Positions 24,878 to 43,990 of a DNA stretch of 64,000 bases are shown piece after piece; positions within the stretch are counted from its first letter, which is position 1, and each line of letters begins with the position of its first letter. A program made the position numbers and the translations under genes. This DNA comes from Thalia democratica (Eukaryota), in the NCBI GenBank assembly GCA_965202585.1, contig OZ241834.1, positions 13,392,001 to 13,456,000 on the forward strand. The letters run 5' to 3'. The notes under the pieces were generated by a model. The model saw only the letters and a list, made by a program, of their open reading frames with translations, searched no databases and was not told where the DNA came from.

Positions 24878-27164
24878 AAAACATGTTTTTAAACTAGCGT
24901 AAAATTAAATACTTGGAATAATCTAACATTTTTTGTTATAAATTCAAAAAATAAATTGTTAACAACACAAATTTGTCTTGAATTTCGTTTTTGTATGAAA
25001 CTTTTTATTTTGCTGCTAGATATGTATAAATAAAGCTTTGTTAAGTTCTTTATCTATAAACTATGCTCCTTTTAATTGCTCATGTTGTTATCATTACATG
25101 ACCTCTGAGTTAATAAATATCAATAACATGCTTATTCTAAAATTGAAGCTTTTTATTTTTGTTTGAGGTTATTCTATTATGACCCTATACTTGTGTGTTA
25201 TTATTGACCTATTCCTATAAGGATCATCACTGTTTATAAAACAGCAAAGTAATAAAGTTTTTAGACTCTAAAATGAATGAATGAAATTCTTTAACAACAG
25301 GTCTTATACTAAATTTTGATTTGTGTAGCTGATAATTTTCTTTTTTAGCTTTTTAATATTACTACTAGTAATGTACGGAGAAGATTTAATTACTTTAACC
25401 ATTTGTAGTCTTTCATTTTTGAGAAAACTTATTCTTTGTTTTTCTTTAACGTCAAAAATTTTCAAAGATTTATGCTTGTATGAAGGACGGAATCTTTTAC
25501 TTAGGATCTTAGTCTAATGCTTTCCTTGTTGTTGGAATTTTCTGCTTGTTAACTCATGAGAATTACGTGATTCATATACTATATTTGGCCATTTTTAAAT
25601 TTAAAATCTTGGTGTAGTATAGTATCATTGAAAAATTATACTTATCATTGTACCAATGTAGTGATCAAACTGAAAAAAATAGTTTGTTTTATTATAACTA
25701 AACTTTGGCACTCTATCAAACTAAGGAGTTAACAGTGTTTTACTGGATAAAATGAAAACCTTTATTGAACTTATCTAATACATATAGACTATTGAATTAT
25801 AGAACATTTTATGTCTTATAAAGAATTAAGTTTTTTTATTTGGAGAAACATTTTTGAGCTAAATATGTAAGTTAATAAGATTTTAAGATAACATTAAGTT
25901 TAAATATTCATGTGCGAGTTTTAAATCTATAAACTAGCTACTTTAAAATGATTCGAAACATAAAGAATAATTTTTACTAAAGTTAATTTTTAAAGTACTA
26001 GTGAACGAAAAAATTTAAAGTTTAACTTTCTCAAACTATTAAGTAGAAAAATACTAAGAATTATGCAAAAAAAAAAACCGCAAAGTAACTACTTTTAGAT
26101 TTTTGAAATTATAAACAAATTCTTAGTAATTCTTTATGTATATTAAATATCTATAAGTTCTTTAATTACTAGAAATATAATTACAATAATCTAGTGTTTT
26201 ATTTTTTGGTGTAGGTTTTATAAGTTTTAAGTTGCTTTGAAACTATTAAATAACACTTACATTTACAATAGTAAGTCGTTAAAACAAAAAACAGTTATAA
26301 CAACCATCGGATAATTTTATTAGCAAAAACACAAAATAAAAAATATCATAAAAATAAGAGGATAAAAGTTATAGAGATAGAAAGTACAAATATTTACCTA
26401 GGACAGCAAATAAAAAATCTAATCAATATATTATTTTCACTCTAAGGAGAATTTTAATCGTTTTGTTTTTGAGTTTATTTTAACACTAAAAAACTTGACT
26501 GGCTAAAACTATAAAAAAAACTTTAACAAAATAAAAAACACCCAAAATCCCACGCAAAACAAAAGCCTAACATAAACGGGAAATTTTGGGTCACATACAG
26601 AGTATAAAACTATACTATCTTATCGTTTCCCACCAACTAGGGCAATAAATTAAGGTAAGTTTAAAGTACAATGTAAATTGAATCTTGTAGGAAATTTATA
26701 CATCTTTTTACATGAAAATAATTTGTAAGCTTTATCAATAATCATATACATTAACATCAAAACTATTAGTTTTTTTATTATTCAAGTAAATTGAGGCAAA
26801 TACTAGTATCAGAAATTATAATTTAAAATTTTAACAAAAGCGTGATCGAACGGCTTTTTCATGCTTATGGTTTTTCAATGTAATTTTTTTTAGTTATTCT
26901 ACAGAATTAACAAACTAAATTATGTGTCGTAATCTGATGGCTCTAACTTTAACCTATGTTAGTACAACATTTGTTTTATATAGTTCAAATAGCAAAATTA
27001 ACTACGTGTACACTGTCAAACTTAAAATTATACAGTTTATCCAAAAGTTAACTCGTTTTCTGTTATATTAGGGCTAAATGTCTTTATCATTAGTCACTAG
27101 TAAATTAAATAAACTTAAAATTATAAAACGAGTTTCATCGATAAAATTCAATTAAATATAATAT

Positions 27165-32249
<5,085 letters not shown>

Positions 32250-32393
32250 GACTTCTTTCAATCTTTCGAAAATCAGGCTACTAAACTAGTAAATATAACC
32301 TGTTAGTTGTATTGTAAATAGTTTTAATAACTAGCAACTTTAGACAAAACTGCAGAAATATTCGATTTTAAAGAGTTGGTTTTTATATATGAT

Positions 32394-32451
32394 AACAAAT
32401 TATACAGTACCCTTTCTTTTATCACACTAGAAGGATACTGTATAATTTGTT
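32394..32451. repeat. Short palindrome sharing outer 16 bp with 4503..4754
   Basis: AACAAATTATACAGTA ... TACTGTATAATTTGTT, followed by the same family C sequence. Confidence 0.7.
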
Positions 32452-32940
32452 ACTATTATATATTCCAGTGAACTTGTTTTGCTAGGATCTTTTGCTAACA
32501 AACACTTAATTTTTTTTCTTTGAATAGTTACATCTTAATGTATATTTATATTAATGGGTATTTCCTTTAACAAACTATTTGAAATTAAAGCATCAAAAGT
32601 AAAAACAAATAACAATCAAAATTTTAATAAGTTTTTTTTTTCGAAACTTGAATAATGAAGGTTGTATTAAAGCCACCACTACACAATATGGGTATATAAG
32701 AGAAGAACTACACATATTTTAGATCTGTATTATATATTTGATGTTTATAATGTTTTTTAGTCAAAATAGCAACTTTTAAGAAAAAGAACTGTTATATTTA
32801 AACATTTTTAAAGGTAAAACAACTTTTTTTAGTTAAGATGACAATTAAAAAATATATATAAATACTATGATAATTATGTTGTGGTTGATAAAATATCAAG
32901 TTGAAATTAACTTTCTGATGATAATATAAGCAAGTGGACA

Positions 32941-33556
32941 AGGGTGCTTATAAATACAGCCAACTTTGAGTTTTCAGCTTAAAATTTTTAACACTTTGCA
33001 AATACCACACAAATACCCACTGAAATTTTTTTGATGATTTAAAGAAACTTTTACCTTGGCAGAATTATTTTCTGAAAACCTTGCTCAATGCAAACTGTAT
33101 GGGACCAAAAATTTTGACTTTTGAGTTTTTAACTTGAACAATTTTACATGTGGCAATAAATACAAAAACACCTTGTCGGTAATTCAAGACAATTTAAAGA
33201 AAATTTTATGGTGAAATAAATTTTTTGAAAAAAAACTGAAAACTAAAAAAAAATTACTAAAAGTGACAAAAATTACATAAAATCAAGATTTGCCTCCATG
33301 AAACTTTTTCAAATTATCTTAAACTGTGTACAATGTATTTATGTGATAATTGCCACGTGTAAAAAACTTCCAGCTAGAAACTCCAAGGTCAATTTTTGTC
33401 CCATACAGTTTGCGTTAGGGTGGTTTTCAGAAAATTGAACTTTTCCAAGGTGAAATTTTTTCAAATTATCTAAAATTTTGCACACAGTGTTTTTATGGAA
33501 TTTGCCACATGAAAAAAAAAATCAGCTGAAAAATTAAAGATATTTATAAGCACCCT
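32941..33556. mobile_element. MITE with long imperfect TIRs
   Basis: Perfect 16-bp termini AGGGTGCTTATAAATA / TATTTATAAGCACCCT. A right-arm-only copy lies at ~55200..55421. Confidence 0.75.
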
Positions 33557-36500
33557 AATGTGGACTTAGAACAGCCAAAAACCTAAAGACAAACAATTGA
33601 TAAAACATGGAGTTGAAAGATTAATAGCAAACTAATTTAAATAATTCAAGTTTTACTATAAACTATCAAATTACTCTGTTATAACATCAGGGTTTTAACT
33701 TTTTGAAACAAAAAAGCCAGCCAGGGTGATTATAGCTTAGCTTGAGCTACATAGTGAGCCTGAGTTTAAGAGAAATTTATGAAAATATAATTGAGCTTAA
33801 AACTGAAAACATTTACTATAATCAAGAAATTTTTTTAAATCATACTACAAAAATAACATTAGGCTTTATTAATGTGAAGAAATATCTAATTATAACAAAA
33901 AAGAGTTGATTTTGAAGTATTAAAAACGTTCTTTGTATAAAAGTTGACCATTAGGTTGTTCAACTAAGAGATTTTTTGAAGCCATCATTAGGACCCCTAC
34001 ACTATCAGGCCAACTAACTAGCCAGAGAACTAAGAAAAAAATTAACAAAAGCTTTGCATACAAGATTTATATAGGCATACTTTTTATTAAATAATCTGAA
34101 AAAATACAAGTAGCATGAGTTTTTTAATATTTCTAACTAGCCTGAGTGTGTGGCTACCCTATAATATATTTATTTATAAAGCTCTTAACATTGATTCATC
34201 CATAAACTCAAAAGAGTAGAAAAATAGACAAATATACTTATAAACTCCTAGACTGTAAATGGAGCTGTTAATTTCTTTTTAGAAATTGTAAAACAATTGA
34301 ATAATTTACAACAAATTATTTTGATATATTTGATAAACACCTCTAAAGAATTATTATCAAAAATTTATTGATAAAAAATGTCTACTAAACTTTGAAAAAA
34401 TACTTAATACTTTAAGTTGGTTTAAGTATTATTCGTAATTTTAAGTTGCACAGGTCTATTATAATATGTAAAGAGTGTTAAGATCTATGCTTTACACAAA
34501 TGAATTCAAAAACATTAACAGCTTTATTGATTTTCTTATAAATTGATTTATTAGTAATTTTTATTAATCGACAAATTACCATAATTTCAGGATAAAAGTA
34601 AGATCACAAACAACTAGTTTACATAACTTAATAATGTTTAAGTTAGAAAAATAAATTAACTAAATTTCGAAATATTGATTTGACTTAAATAAAAACAGAG
34701 ATCATGTCTTTCACCTTTCCAGCTAATTCTGTACTGCTTGCTGTAAACTTAACAACATTTGAATTGTAAACTTACTTTGTGGCACTATGATATTATATAC
34801 GCCACCTATTGTAAGTAGCATTACACGTCGCTTATGACGTAAAGTTTATAGAGCATTTTAGGTACAATATAAAAAAAAATTACCATATTTTGAAAACAAA
34901 AAATCTTAATATAAGTAATTTCTAAACTTATTTTAAATAAATTTTTAAATATTAAACTTTATTTTATTTATTCACCATTTTTTAGTTATTCTTAAACAAT
35001 TTAGCATTTAGTTTAAATGTATTAACTAATAATCTAGGTTTTTGCCGAAACAAACTAAGTTTATAAATTTAATTTTACGTATCCAGTATATAATAATCAA
35101 AACATAAAAACAAAAAAATAAATATTTACAGAAATATTTCTATTATATTTATTCGATGACCAGCGTAGGGTGAAATCTTCCTTTACATTAAGTTTGTAAA
35201 GATTAATTTTGGGCGTCGATTTCTTTATTGTCCTCACTAAACTGAAATCTAACTAAAAATTAAATCTTATGTTTCATTGGTTGAAAACAAAAAAAAAATA
35301 ATTAGTTAATTTTACTAGTAACCTTCAACAATCAATTAATTTTTTTTTTATCATACTTATACTACCATACCAACTATTTTTTTAATTATTATTTTGAACT
35401 CTATATTTTTTATAGTTAACTAAATATTTATACACCTACCATTTATATTAGTAATGATATTAATTATTATTTTTAATTATTTAAATTGAATCTTAAAACT
35501 AAAGAAAACTTTTACAAAGATTACGTTTTAAATTTTATATAAAAAAAATCCAAGTTTTAAATAACTTATCTACGGTTTATACCCAATAAGTCATTGTGCT
35601 AAATTTTGTACAACAAAAAATATTTCGTATAGTTATTTCTACTTAATTTCACGATAAATGATATGTAAAATCAGAAACAAAAATCTAAAGTTTATATTAT
35701 CTAGTAGTTTTAAAACATATATATATATATATATATATCGAAGTTAACTATTCAAAATCTAAAGTTAATTGTTTCTTAACAAAGATCCTAGCGAAACAAA
35801 TTAACTGGATTATAATATCTCAGTTATTGTTCTACAATCATGATATTTCTGTTATAAGTAATTGTACATTTAAAATACTTGTGTATACCAATATTTTTTT
35901 TAGTTTTGTAATAGTAGAAGTTTTTAAAATTCCGATCAGGTACCAATAAAATAGTATTCTCTAACTTTTCTAATATTTTATATACTTTCTTATTTGATGT
36001 CAGAAACATACATTAGAAGCTAAACATAAAATATAAATAGTTTTTCAGTAAAAAAAAACGAAACTTTAAATAAATTAAGTGGTCAAGAGAGTAATAAATA
36101 ATCAATGTAAAGCAACTACTAAATTAAACTAAAATATAATTAAAGGAAACATAATTTAACTAAATAAAGACATTTTAGAATCAAAATACTTTTGTTTACA
36201 CAATTACGTTTTTTTTAATATTGAAAAAGCTTCTAACTTGACAAGGACAAAAACATATATTAAACACATTAAAAATTTAAATCTAAATACTTATTAGTTT
36301 TTTGCACAATCTTTTTTATTTATAAATATTCAGCTTTAAAATATTTTCAACAGCGTTTGTGATTGTTTTGGTCCAAATTTTAGTTTTTTCTTCTCTAATA
36401 AATCTCTTTAGGTAAATGTTCTTTGATTCTAGTCTTGAAATGTCTGGAAATCTGTTAGATAAAGTGTATAGTGTCGTAACTCAAAAAATAAGTTTAAAGA

Positions 36501-38588
36501 GTCTAAACCTTTAAATTTTAGAATAAGTATTAAGTATTTCTATTTAATTTTAAAAATATCTTTGTAGTAAATCAGTTTATTTTGGTTTATAAAATATAAA
36601 TTGTTTAAGCTTTTACAAAAAGTATTCCGAGAAATTGAAAAAATTACTAACTATTTAGTTATATATTTCTATCCTATTTTTGTAGTAAATTTATTTAAAT
36701 TGATTTTAAAAAATTAATTGCCATTTAAGTACCTACGTGTAATAATTGAACAATATTATATATAAAAATAGAAGCAAAAGTTTTAAGATGTTTCGTTTTT
36801 TTTTTAATTCTTAACTTCATTTTCTTTGAATCAAAGAACTCAATAACTTTATGTGGTCAAACTAAAAACAACAACCAATTAAATGAAAAACTCTTCATTC
36901 ACACTATAATTTGTAAAAAATATGTTTTACAAATTTGTGTTTAATAAAAAAAAAAAATTAGGTTCACACTTGTTTAAACTTTTTCTAATTAATTTTTAAG
37001 TTAAATCAAAATTTTTGTTTATTCTACAAAATAATGTTATTTTATAATACAAAAATGACAAATACTAAAATTATTTTGTAGAAGATAATAAAACAAAAGC
37101 TTGCTGTTTTCTTTCTCACAAATAGAAAATAATGTTAACTGGTTTGAAACTAAGTAAAACCTAATACTAGTTTATTTCTTATCAACAGATACGTAATAGC
37201 TGTGGAACTGTATAAAAAGTCTAATAAGATACTGAACACCAAAAATATAGGTCTCCAATTAGTACTTTAAAGATGCTACTATTTTTTATTCAAAGTATGT
37301 GACTCTTTATGATTACTTAAACATAGAACAATTTTGTCATTGACTAATTTTTAAGATTTAAAAAAACATCAGCAAAACTTTAATCTAAGTAGTACGACAC
37401 AAAGGTAGTATTTAAAAAAAAAAGTAATTATTATATATAAGAAAGCAAACAAATGTGATTAAAATAACACTTGTAGTCAGTTACAAAAACAAAGCTTTAC
37501 AAAGTTTGTTGAAAACAAAAACATAATAAATGTTTTAAACGAGTTATAATCAAAAGGTGTTATAAAATGTTTATAGTTTCTTGATCAAAATAATTAGAAA
37601 TGTATTTTAAGTATAATTATTACTAAAAAATATCAAAAAACACTTGCACTAAATCAGAGCGTATATAAACACTCTGTTTTAGCTAAAATCATTAACTAAG
37701 GTTATTATAAATTGTTTACAAAAATACAAACTTTTAGCTGCTTAACTGACTTTACATAATAAAAAAAATTGTTAATGGCTCACACATCAAGTGAGACTCT
37801 ATACAAAATTAATTAGCTAATATAACGCTTATCAGTCGTCTTTATACTTTCAAATCTTAGTATCTTAGCAGTTCTCGGAAAGTTGATGTAAATAGTTTGG
37901 GGAGTAATAAAGTAAACACTTAAAAATTATACAAACTTGATTAAATGAAAAACAGTATAAAAAATAAATGTTAAACGTACTAAACTTTGTAATTTAGCTC
38001 TATAACAATGAATACAATAAAGTCATTGTTATAGAAATTTGACAAATTACATAGGTGACCAAAATACTATTAAATCTATAAACGCGCGAAGATGTAATGC
38101 AATTGTTATAATACTTGGTAGAAATACTTCAGAATATAACCTAAATATAAATAGTAGAAAGACAAATAAAGCTTGAATGGGAAACTTAACGTAACATCTA
38201 AATATATAGAGTATCTAAATCAGAAGTTCACAAAACCAGTAATTTAACGTTAAAAGATTTAAAAAACCCTTTTTATAGCCAAAAAATCTTGGTCTACTGC
38301 AAAAATTAATTTACTTGGGTAAGTTGAATAGTAGTTAATTATTAAATTTTTAAAAGTTAATTAATTTTTTGTTTGAAAAAACAACATAAGAATTAAATCA
38401 GCAAAACTATCTGACTACTTTACATAACAAGCAAATCATCTGAAATATTAAAAATAGTAATTACCTACAAATATACTTTTTAGTCAACAAAAGCATCTTC
38501 TATATTGTAGAAACAGTGCGTCAAACTGTTTCCCAAGACTACAGATTATATATGAAAAAATTAAAACGGTGTGATATTTGACCATATA

Positions 38589-39322
38589 CAGTACACTACC
38601 GCTTAAGTACGCAAATTGAACCCGACCAAAAAGTGCGTACTTAGCACGGGTAGTGCGTACTTTTTGAAGACATAGTATAATATGAACTTTAGTTATTTGT
38701 TTTCTTTCTTACAACTAGCCACCAAATAATTAAGCCAAATAAACAAGTCTTTTTATTTTAAATAACATTTAATACATAATTCTAATCTGCAAAACTTTTT
38801 ATTAGATTTTAAAATGATTTATTTTGTCTTTAAAAAGTCTTACATAATTAATACATACTATTAATATAGAAAGTCAATGTCAGTCAATGGTATAAAAAAG
38901 AATAATAAGCCATATTTTATATTGTTAGAGGTAAAGTACCAAACTGCATTGTGTTTACCAAACATTTTGAAAACATCAATGTGTGTACATTTAAATTAAG
39001 TTATGACTTAACTATGTTGTATTTGTAGGTTTTTTTAGCTTTGTCATCTAGATTTATTTATTTAACCGCATTACAGCTCAAATATGATTATTCTTTTCAC
39101 TTTTCTGCAACCACTACATAAGTATTTAGTTTATTAACTTTTAATAACAGGACTGTCACAATTTCAGGCCACTTAGACTACTTAGGATTACTCACCTTAG
39201 TTTAAAATTTGTGAAAGTTTTAGACTAACTCAGCAGGTTGGCCATTCTACCTTTCATGATAAGTGCGTACTTAAGGCGTGATGCGTACCAAAAAAAGTGC
39301 GTACTTAAGCGGTAGTCTACTG
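38589..39322. mobile_element. Tc1/mariner (pogo-like) MITE
   Basis: TA|CAGTACACTACCGCTTAAGTACGCA ... TGCGTACTTAAGCGGTAGTCTACTG|TA. Confidence 0.8.
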
Positions 39323-39460
39323 TATATAACTGCAGATATCTTGCCAGAACACAAATATATTAAGTACTCTAAAAGTTTAGAAGCGGTGTATTTGACGTTC
39401 CCTTTGTACATTAATATCGATGCTAGTTATGAAAGCAAAACATAAAATGAAAAGTTAATA

Positions 39461-39585
39461 TGTCCTGGACATGACGTTAAAAGGTTTCCAAGTGGTGTAC
39501 GACACGATAACTGAAAGGTTTTTCGTGCGCCAGGTCCTAGGACAAAATATTTTGAGCGCTCTTTTTTTGTCTTTCAATAAACAAT
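39461..39585 (+). repeat. Structured ~120-nt SINE-like element
   Basis: TGTCCTGGACATGACGTTAAAAGGTTTCCAAGTGGTGTACGAC...TTTGAGCGCTCTTTTTTT...CAATAAACAAT. Confidence 0.8.
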
Positions 39586-40312
39586 AAATACAAAGAAGCA
39601 TATTTAAAGTACTAGTTGTATTTTACTTCTACTTTTTTTCTAAGACTTAGTTTGTGTTAAGTTTATACTATACTAAATAGCAAAAGCACTAAAAAGCACA
39701 ATTTAAATATTATTTAAGTTTTAGGTTTTAGTTTTGAAAATACAGTTTGTAAAATTCGAATTTTTTTATAAAATATACAAAATATATTGAAACATATGTT
39801 ATATAGAAGAAAGTTAATGGTACAAAGATAAGATATGGACGGTTCAGACTTAACAGGAAAAATCTTTTACGGGCCACAATTTGTAAAAAATTTATCGTCA
39901 GCGTAGTCTTGAAAAATTAAGCAACAAAAACTAAAATTAAATAGTGATTTCAAAAGAAATAATCATTTAATAAGTTCTATTATGTATGCAAGTTCTAATT
40001 AAGAGTATATTAAAATTCTAGAATGAATGTTTTGAAGATATTCTACATTTTTTTGTATAAAAAATTGGATAGCTCTGATTAATTAGATTTACATATAATA
40101 AATTTGGTTTAAAAAAATATTCTATTTAAATAAGTATTGAAATTTTTTTAATAACACGAAAGATCTTTAAATCTGTTGTTTTTGTTTTTTAAAAGAGTTG
40201 AGACATCTTTTTTCTATAGTTTTTTAAAACCAATTTATTGTATGCAAATTAAATTACAATAAAATATAAATTATTAAATATTTTCACTTTAATTATGTGT
40301 AAGAAAACTAAA

Positions 40313-40632
40313 AACTCGGAAAAAAGTTATATTAGGTGTTGAAAGTCTGTATCTATATGAAATAGGTCTGTTTATGTTTAAGTTTAACAATAACTTGTTG
40401 CCAGATAACTTTAAAAATTACTATAAAAGTGTAAAAAATGTCCGTGATTATCATACGAGGTCTTCAGAAACAAATTTTTTTACCTAGATTCAACAGCAAA
40501 ATAGGTCATAAATCGCTATCCTACCAAGGAAGTAAGTTATGGATTAAGCTACCATTATGTTTGAAAAATATAAGTCATTTTGGAAAGTTTCAGGATGAAC
40601 TTAAAAGTTATCTTTTAAATAGTGATTCTTAA
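40313..40632 (+). mobile_element. 3' fragment of a CR1/L2-superfamily non-LTR retrotransposon ORF2
   Basis: Frameshifted translation YEIGLFMFKFNNNLLPDNFKNYY...YHTRSS..LPRFNSKIGHKSLSYQGSKLWIKLPLCLK...FQDELKSYLL*, a typical post-RT C-terminus. Confidence 0.75.
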
Positions 40633-41743
40633 GGTCATTAGTGATCATTCCTACTCGTCTGTTTACTTTGCTTAAGGAGTTAATAGTATTTGTCATTTAG
40701 TATCCAAAATTTTGTTTATTTTTAATATTTTTATCTTTTTTTTGTTCGAAAGTTGATTTGTTTGGTTACAGTAACATTGGTTTAGTATAGGTTTAACATT
40801 TTCTATCTGGTTGTATTTTAAGATTATTCTTTAAGATTACTATTTTGAATTAATTTCAGAATACTTATAAACTTTTTTTTTCTCGTGCTTACAATTTTTC
40901 TTTCTTTATTAGCATGCAAATGTAGAAAAATAGTTATAGATGTTTTTACTTTAGCAGAAAATAAAGTATTCAAATAGTAAGCTAAGATAACTGTTCTAAG
41001 CAAACTCAAGCTTTTTTTTTCTTTTTTTGAGGAAATTAAAGAAAAAATTCTTCTTTTTTATGTTTGAATGAAAATGTTGCTTACTTTCTAACATTACAGT
41101 TTTAGACTTGGACAAGTAAAAAAAATAAAATTAAATGAATATTTTAAAATAGAAGGAAATTTGTTGTTATTAATATCATTACTGTTAAAGTTATTATAGT
41201 TTTTTTACTTTTTTTCTTATTAAAAGCATAAAATTTACAGTATTTATCTTCATATTTAAAAAACTTAAGTTCAGTTATTATAAAAATCACTTCTTTAAAA
41301 TTTCTTTAAAAAAAATTTACAACAGTTTATTTAAATATTCAAATGTAAAATTGTTTTTACTGTTCAAGTTAAATTATTATTAAAAAGAAATACTTTTTTT
41401 AACAAAAATACTTATAAAATAAATTTTGTTCGAAAATTTCAGTGTACTACATTTTACTTTCTTTAAAGAAGTAGTAACCTATAATTATAGTATTCACACG
41501 TTAATTATGAGTGTTATTTATCTACTTTTAAAATTTAATGTAAAGTGACAGGTATATTTTTTAGTTCATATGCTACTAAACAAGATTTATACTACATTAT
41601 TAAACTAAAAATTCAGTTAATTTTTGTTTAGTTTTATTTTCTTTCATTTTTCTTTTCGTTTAACTGATTGTTTATTACTAAAGATTTAAATATTTAAATG
41701 ATAAAAAACTGTGTAAATAGCTCGTAAGAAACTTTATAAGCAT

Positions 41744-41837
41744 GTGGTGTACGACTCGATAACCGAAAGGTTCCTTTGTACACAAGGTCCTTAGACCAAA
41801 CTTTTTGAGCGCTTTTTTTTATCTTTCAATAAACAAT
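41744..41837 (+). repeat. Structured SINE-like element, 5'-truncated
   Basis: GTGGTGTACGACTCGATAACCGAAAGGTT...GGTCCTTAGACCAAACTTTTTGAGCGCTTTTTTTT...CAATAAACAAT. Confidence 0.8.
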
Positions 41838-42011
41838 AGTTTTTAAGCGCAAGATTTTTTTAAGCTAAAAAATACGTCAAGGGTGATATATCTGTGGGTG
41901 GGTCGGATCCGGCCTGCTGGTCGTACGTTGTCAACTCCTAATTTAATACTTATCAGAGAAAGAGCAACATCACGTTTACAAGCTAAATGTTTAGTTAATT
42001 AAGACCTATAC

Positions 42012-42133
42012 TGTCCTGAACATGACTTTAAACTGTATCCTCGTGTATGACTCGATAACCGAAAGGTTTTTTCGTACACCAGGTCCTTGGACCAAATATT
42101 TGAGCGCTTTTTTTTTTTCGTTCAATAAACAAT
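42012..42133 (+). repeat. Structured ~120-nt SINE-like element
   Basis: TGTCCTGAACATGACTTTAAACTGTATCC...GATAACCGAAAGGTTTTTTCGTACACCAGGTCCTTGGACC...GAGCGCTTTTT...CAATAAACAAT. Confidence 0.8.
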
Positions 42134-43775
42134 ATTATAGGAAAATAAACAACTTGTTTTAGTACTCGAAAACTTTCTTAAAACTTACTTCTCGTACAGT
42201 AAAAATTTACCATCCAGTATTGGTGTCACACGACTCTGTAGAGCTGTGCATTTAATTTACAAAGAAACTTCGTTACTCATTTAGTAAATTTAAGCATGTA
42301 CTAAAAACAGTATTTATATACAATTTTTTTCTGAGTGTTATGTCGAATTTAGTGAATTCTGAGAAAAAATTGTTTATTATGATAAAATTTCACGTTTGCT
42401 TTTATGTAGTTTGATGATAATATTTTGAATATAAATGCTTTACAAGTATAACAAGTATAACAACTTTGGTACAATAATACATTAGAACATTTTTAATTTA
42501 GATGTCAAAACTTGCTTTTATCAAATTCAATAAGTTGAGTTGTAGCTCATATCAAACTTTTATATATAGTTATTACATAATTAACGATTTTTTTAAATGA
42601 CTACAATGCTTAATATACAAGAAATTAAAATAAATAAAATGAGTTTTAACTAGATCAAATTCTTTTTCATAGATATAAGTTTTTAGCATTGATTTGATAG
42701 TAATAAATTAAATTCTGTTAATTCGTAAACTAAATTACAACAGTTTAGATTATAACTAATATGCTTAGAATAAATTTCTTATGTACTTATCTTAATAATT
42801 CAACCCATAAAACTCAAAGTAAACAAATTGTTTATCACATTAAAAACCATGCTAATAAGGACTTATTATGAACTAAAAGGAGAAGTTGTCACTGACACAT
42901 TTACAATAGGACCGGCATTGGTTGAAATGACCAGAGAAGTATGGATGGCCCCACACTTGAAAGCTGCTTACCAAGGTCTTTATCTTCTCCATGCTGGATA
43001 AGGCATACGTTAGATCGGCAGTCATGCTGTTCTAAATATTTCTATTGAAGACTTTATTAAGAACAATGCTCATAGTTAAAATGTTTGAAAAGTTAGAAGT
43101 TTTATTTTTCTGTGCACATGCCAGTAGTGTTGAGAGGTTAATAGTGCTAATTTTAATTACATAAGTATGTTATATTTAACTCTCGTAAGAGCTGTCACCT
43201 AATATATTTGATTAAGGCTTTTAGTAACTGCAAAGTTTAATGGTCATAAACAGTCGATAACAAATTTTTCCTTACATTTTTGCTTATTTTTTATTAAAAG
43301 AATATATTTTCAAGAATGTACATATACGGAGTTTGTGAATTAAGTGTAAAGTCAAATTAATATATCTAATTCAAATCAACATTTTTTTTTAAAGTTAAAG
43401 TTTAGCAGAGTCATAAGTTTTAGTGTTTATATTACAGTTAGCTTTATTTAAGCATTGTTTTAATTGATTTCCATTTTTTAAAAGATGTATAAAATCAAAA
43501 CCTTGCATAACAGTAAAATTTTATACACTAAACTTAACTATAAATCATAAATAGCCTATATATGTTGATTTATAATTGAAAGATTTATTTTTTATTAAAT
43601 AAATTAAGACTTAAATACCGTAAACTGTTTAACTTACTTGCATATAAACATTTAATATACAGATATACTATAAAAATATTATTAAAAACGCGCAAACAAG
43701 ATTTTTTGTTTTTTACAAGACGTAGTCATTTCAAAAATATTTATTATCTTAGCTCAAGATAACATTTTAAAAAAA

Positions 43776-43990
43776 GGAACGGGTCACTTTTGCACGAGGC
43801 GACAACTTTGTACGATCGTCACTTTTGCTCGAGGACACTTTTGCACGAGTGGACACTTTTAAACTGCAACTCTTTTGTTCGAGCGCCACTTTAGCACGAG
43901 GGGACACTTTTGCACAGAGGGTCTATTTTGCACACGGGGACATTTTTACACAGCGACTTTTTTGCACGCAGGGTCACTTTTGCACAGATA
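43776..43990 (+). repeat. ~17-bp tandem array (GTCACTTTTGCACGAG-like units)
   Basis: About a dozen degenerate CTTTTGCAC(G/A) units, beginning GGAACGGGTCACTTTTGCACGAG. Confidence 0.75.

Noticed and set aside
35150-35190. CGATGACCAGCGTAGGGTGAAATC as a hammerhead
   Set aside because: The core is incomplete, stem II is only 2 bp, and there is no stem I or second copy.
39461-39585. Calling the 120-nt element a pistol or HDV-like ribozyme, or a spliced-leader/U snRNA gene
   Set aside because: The pistol pseudoknot partner, GCG and GU site are not in the required order. The HDV P3/L3/P1.1 elements are absent. It does not match the Hydra SL sequences I recall, and the AAG|GT and Sm-like strings vary between copies.
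43776-43990. CRISPR-like reading of the short repeat array
   Set aside because: Units are degenerate and contiguous with no unique spacers, the context is eukaryotic, and there are no cas genes.
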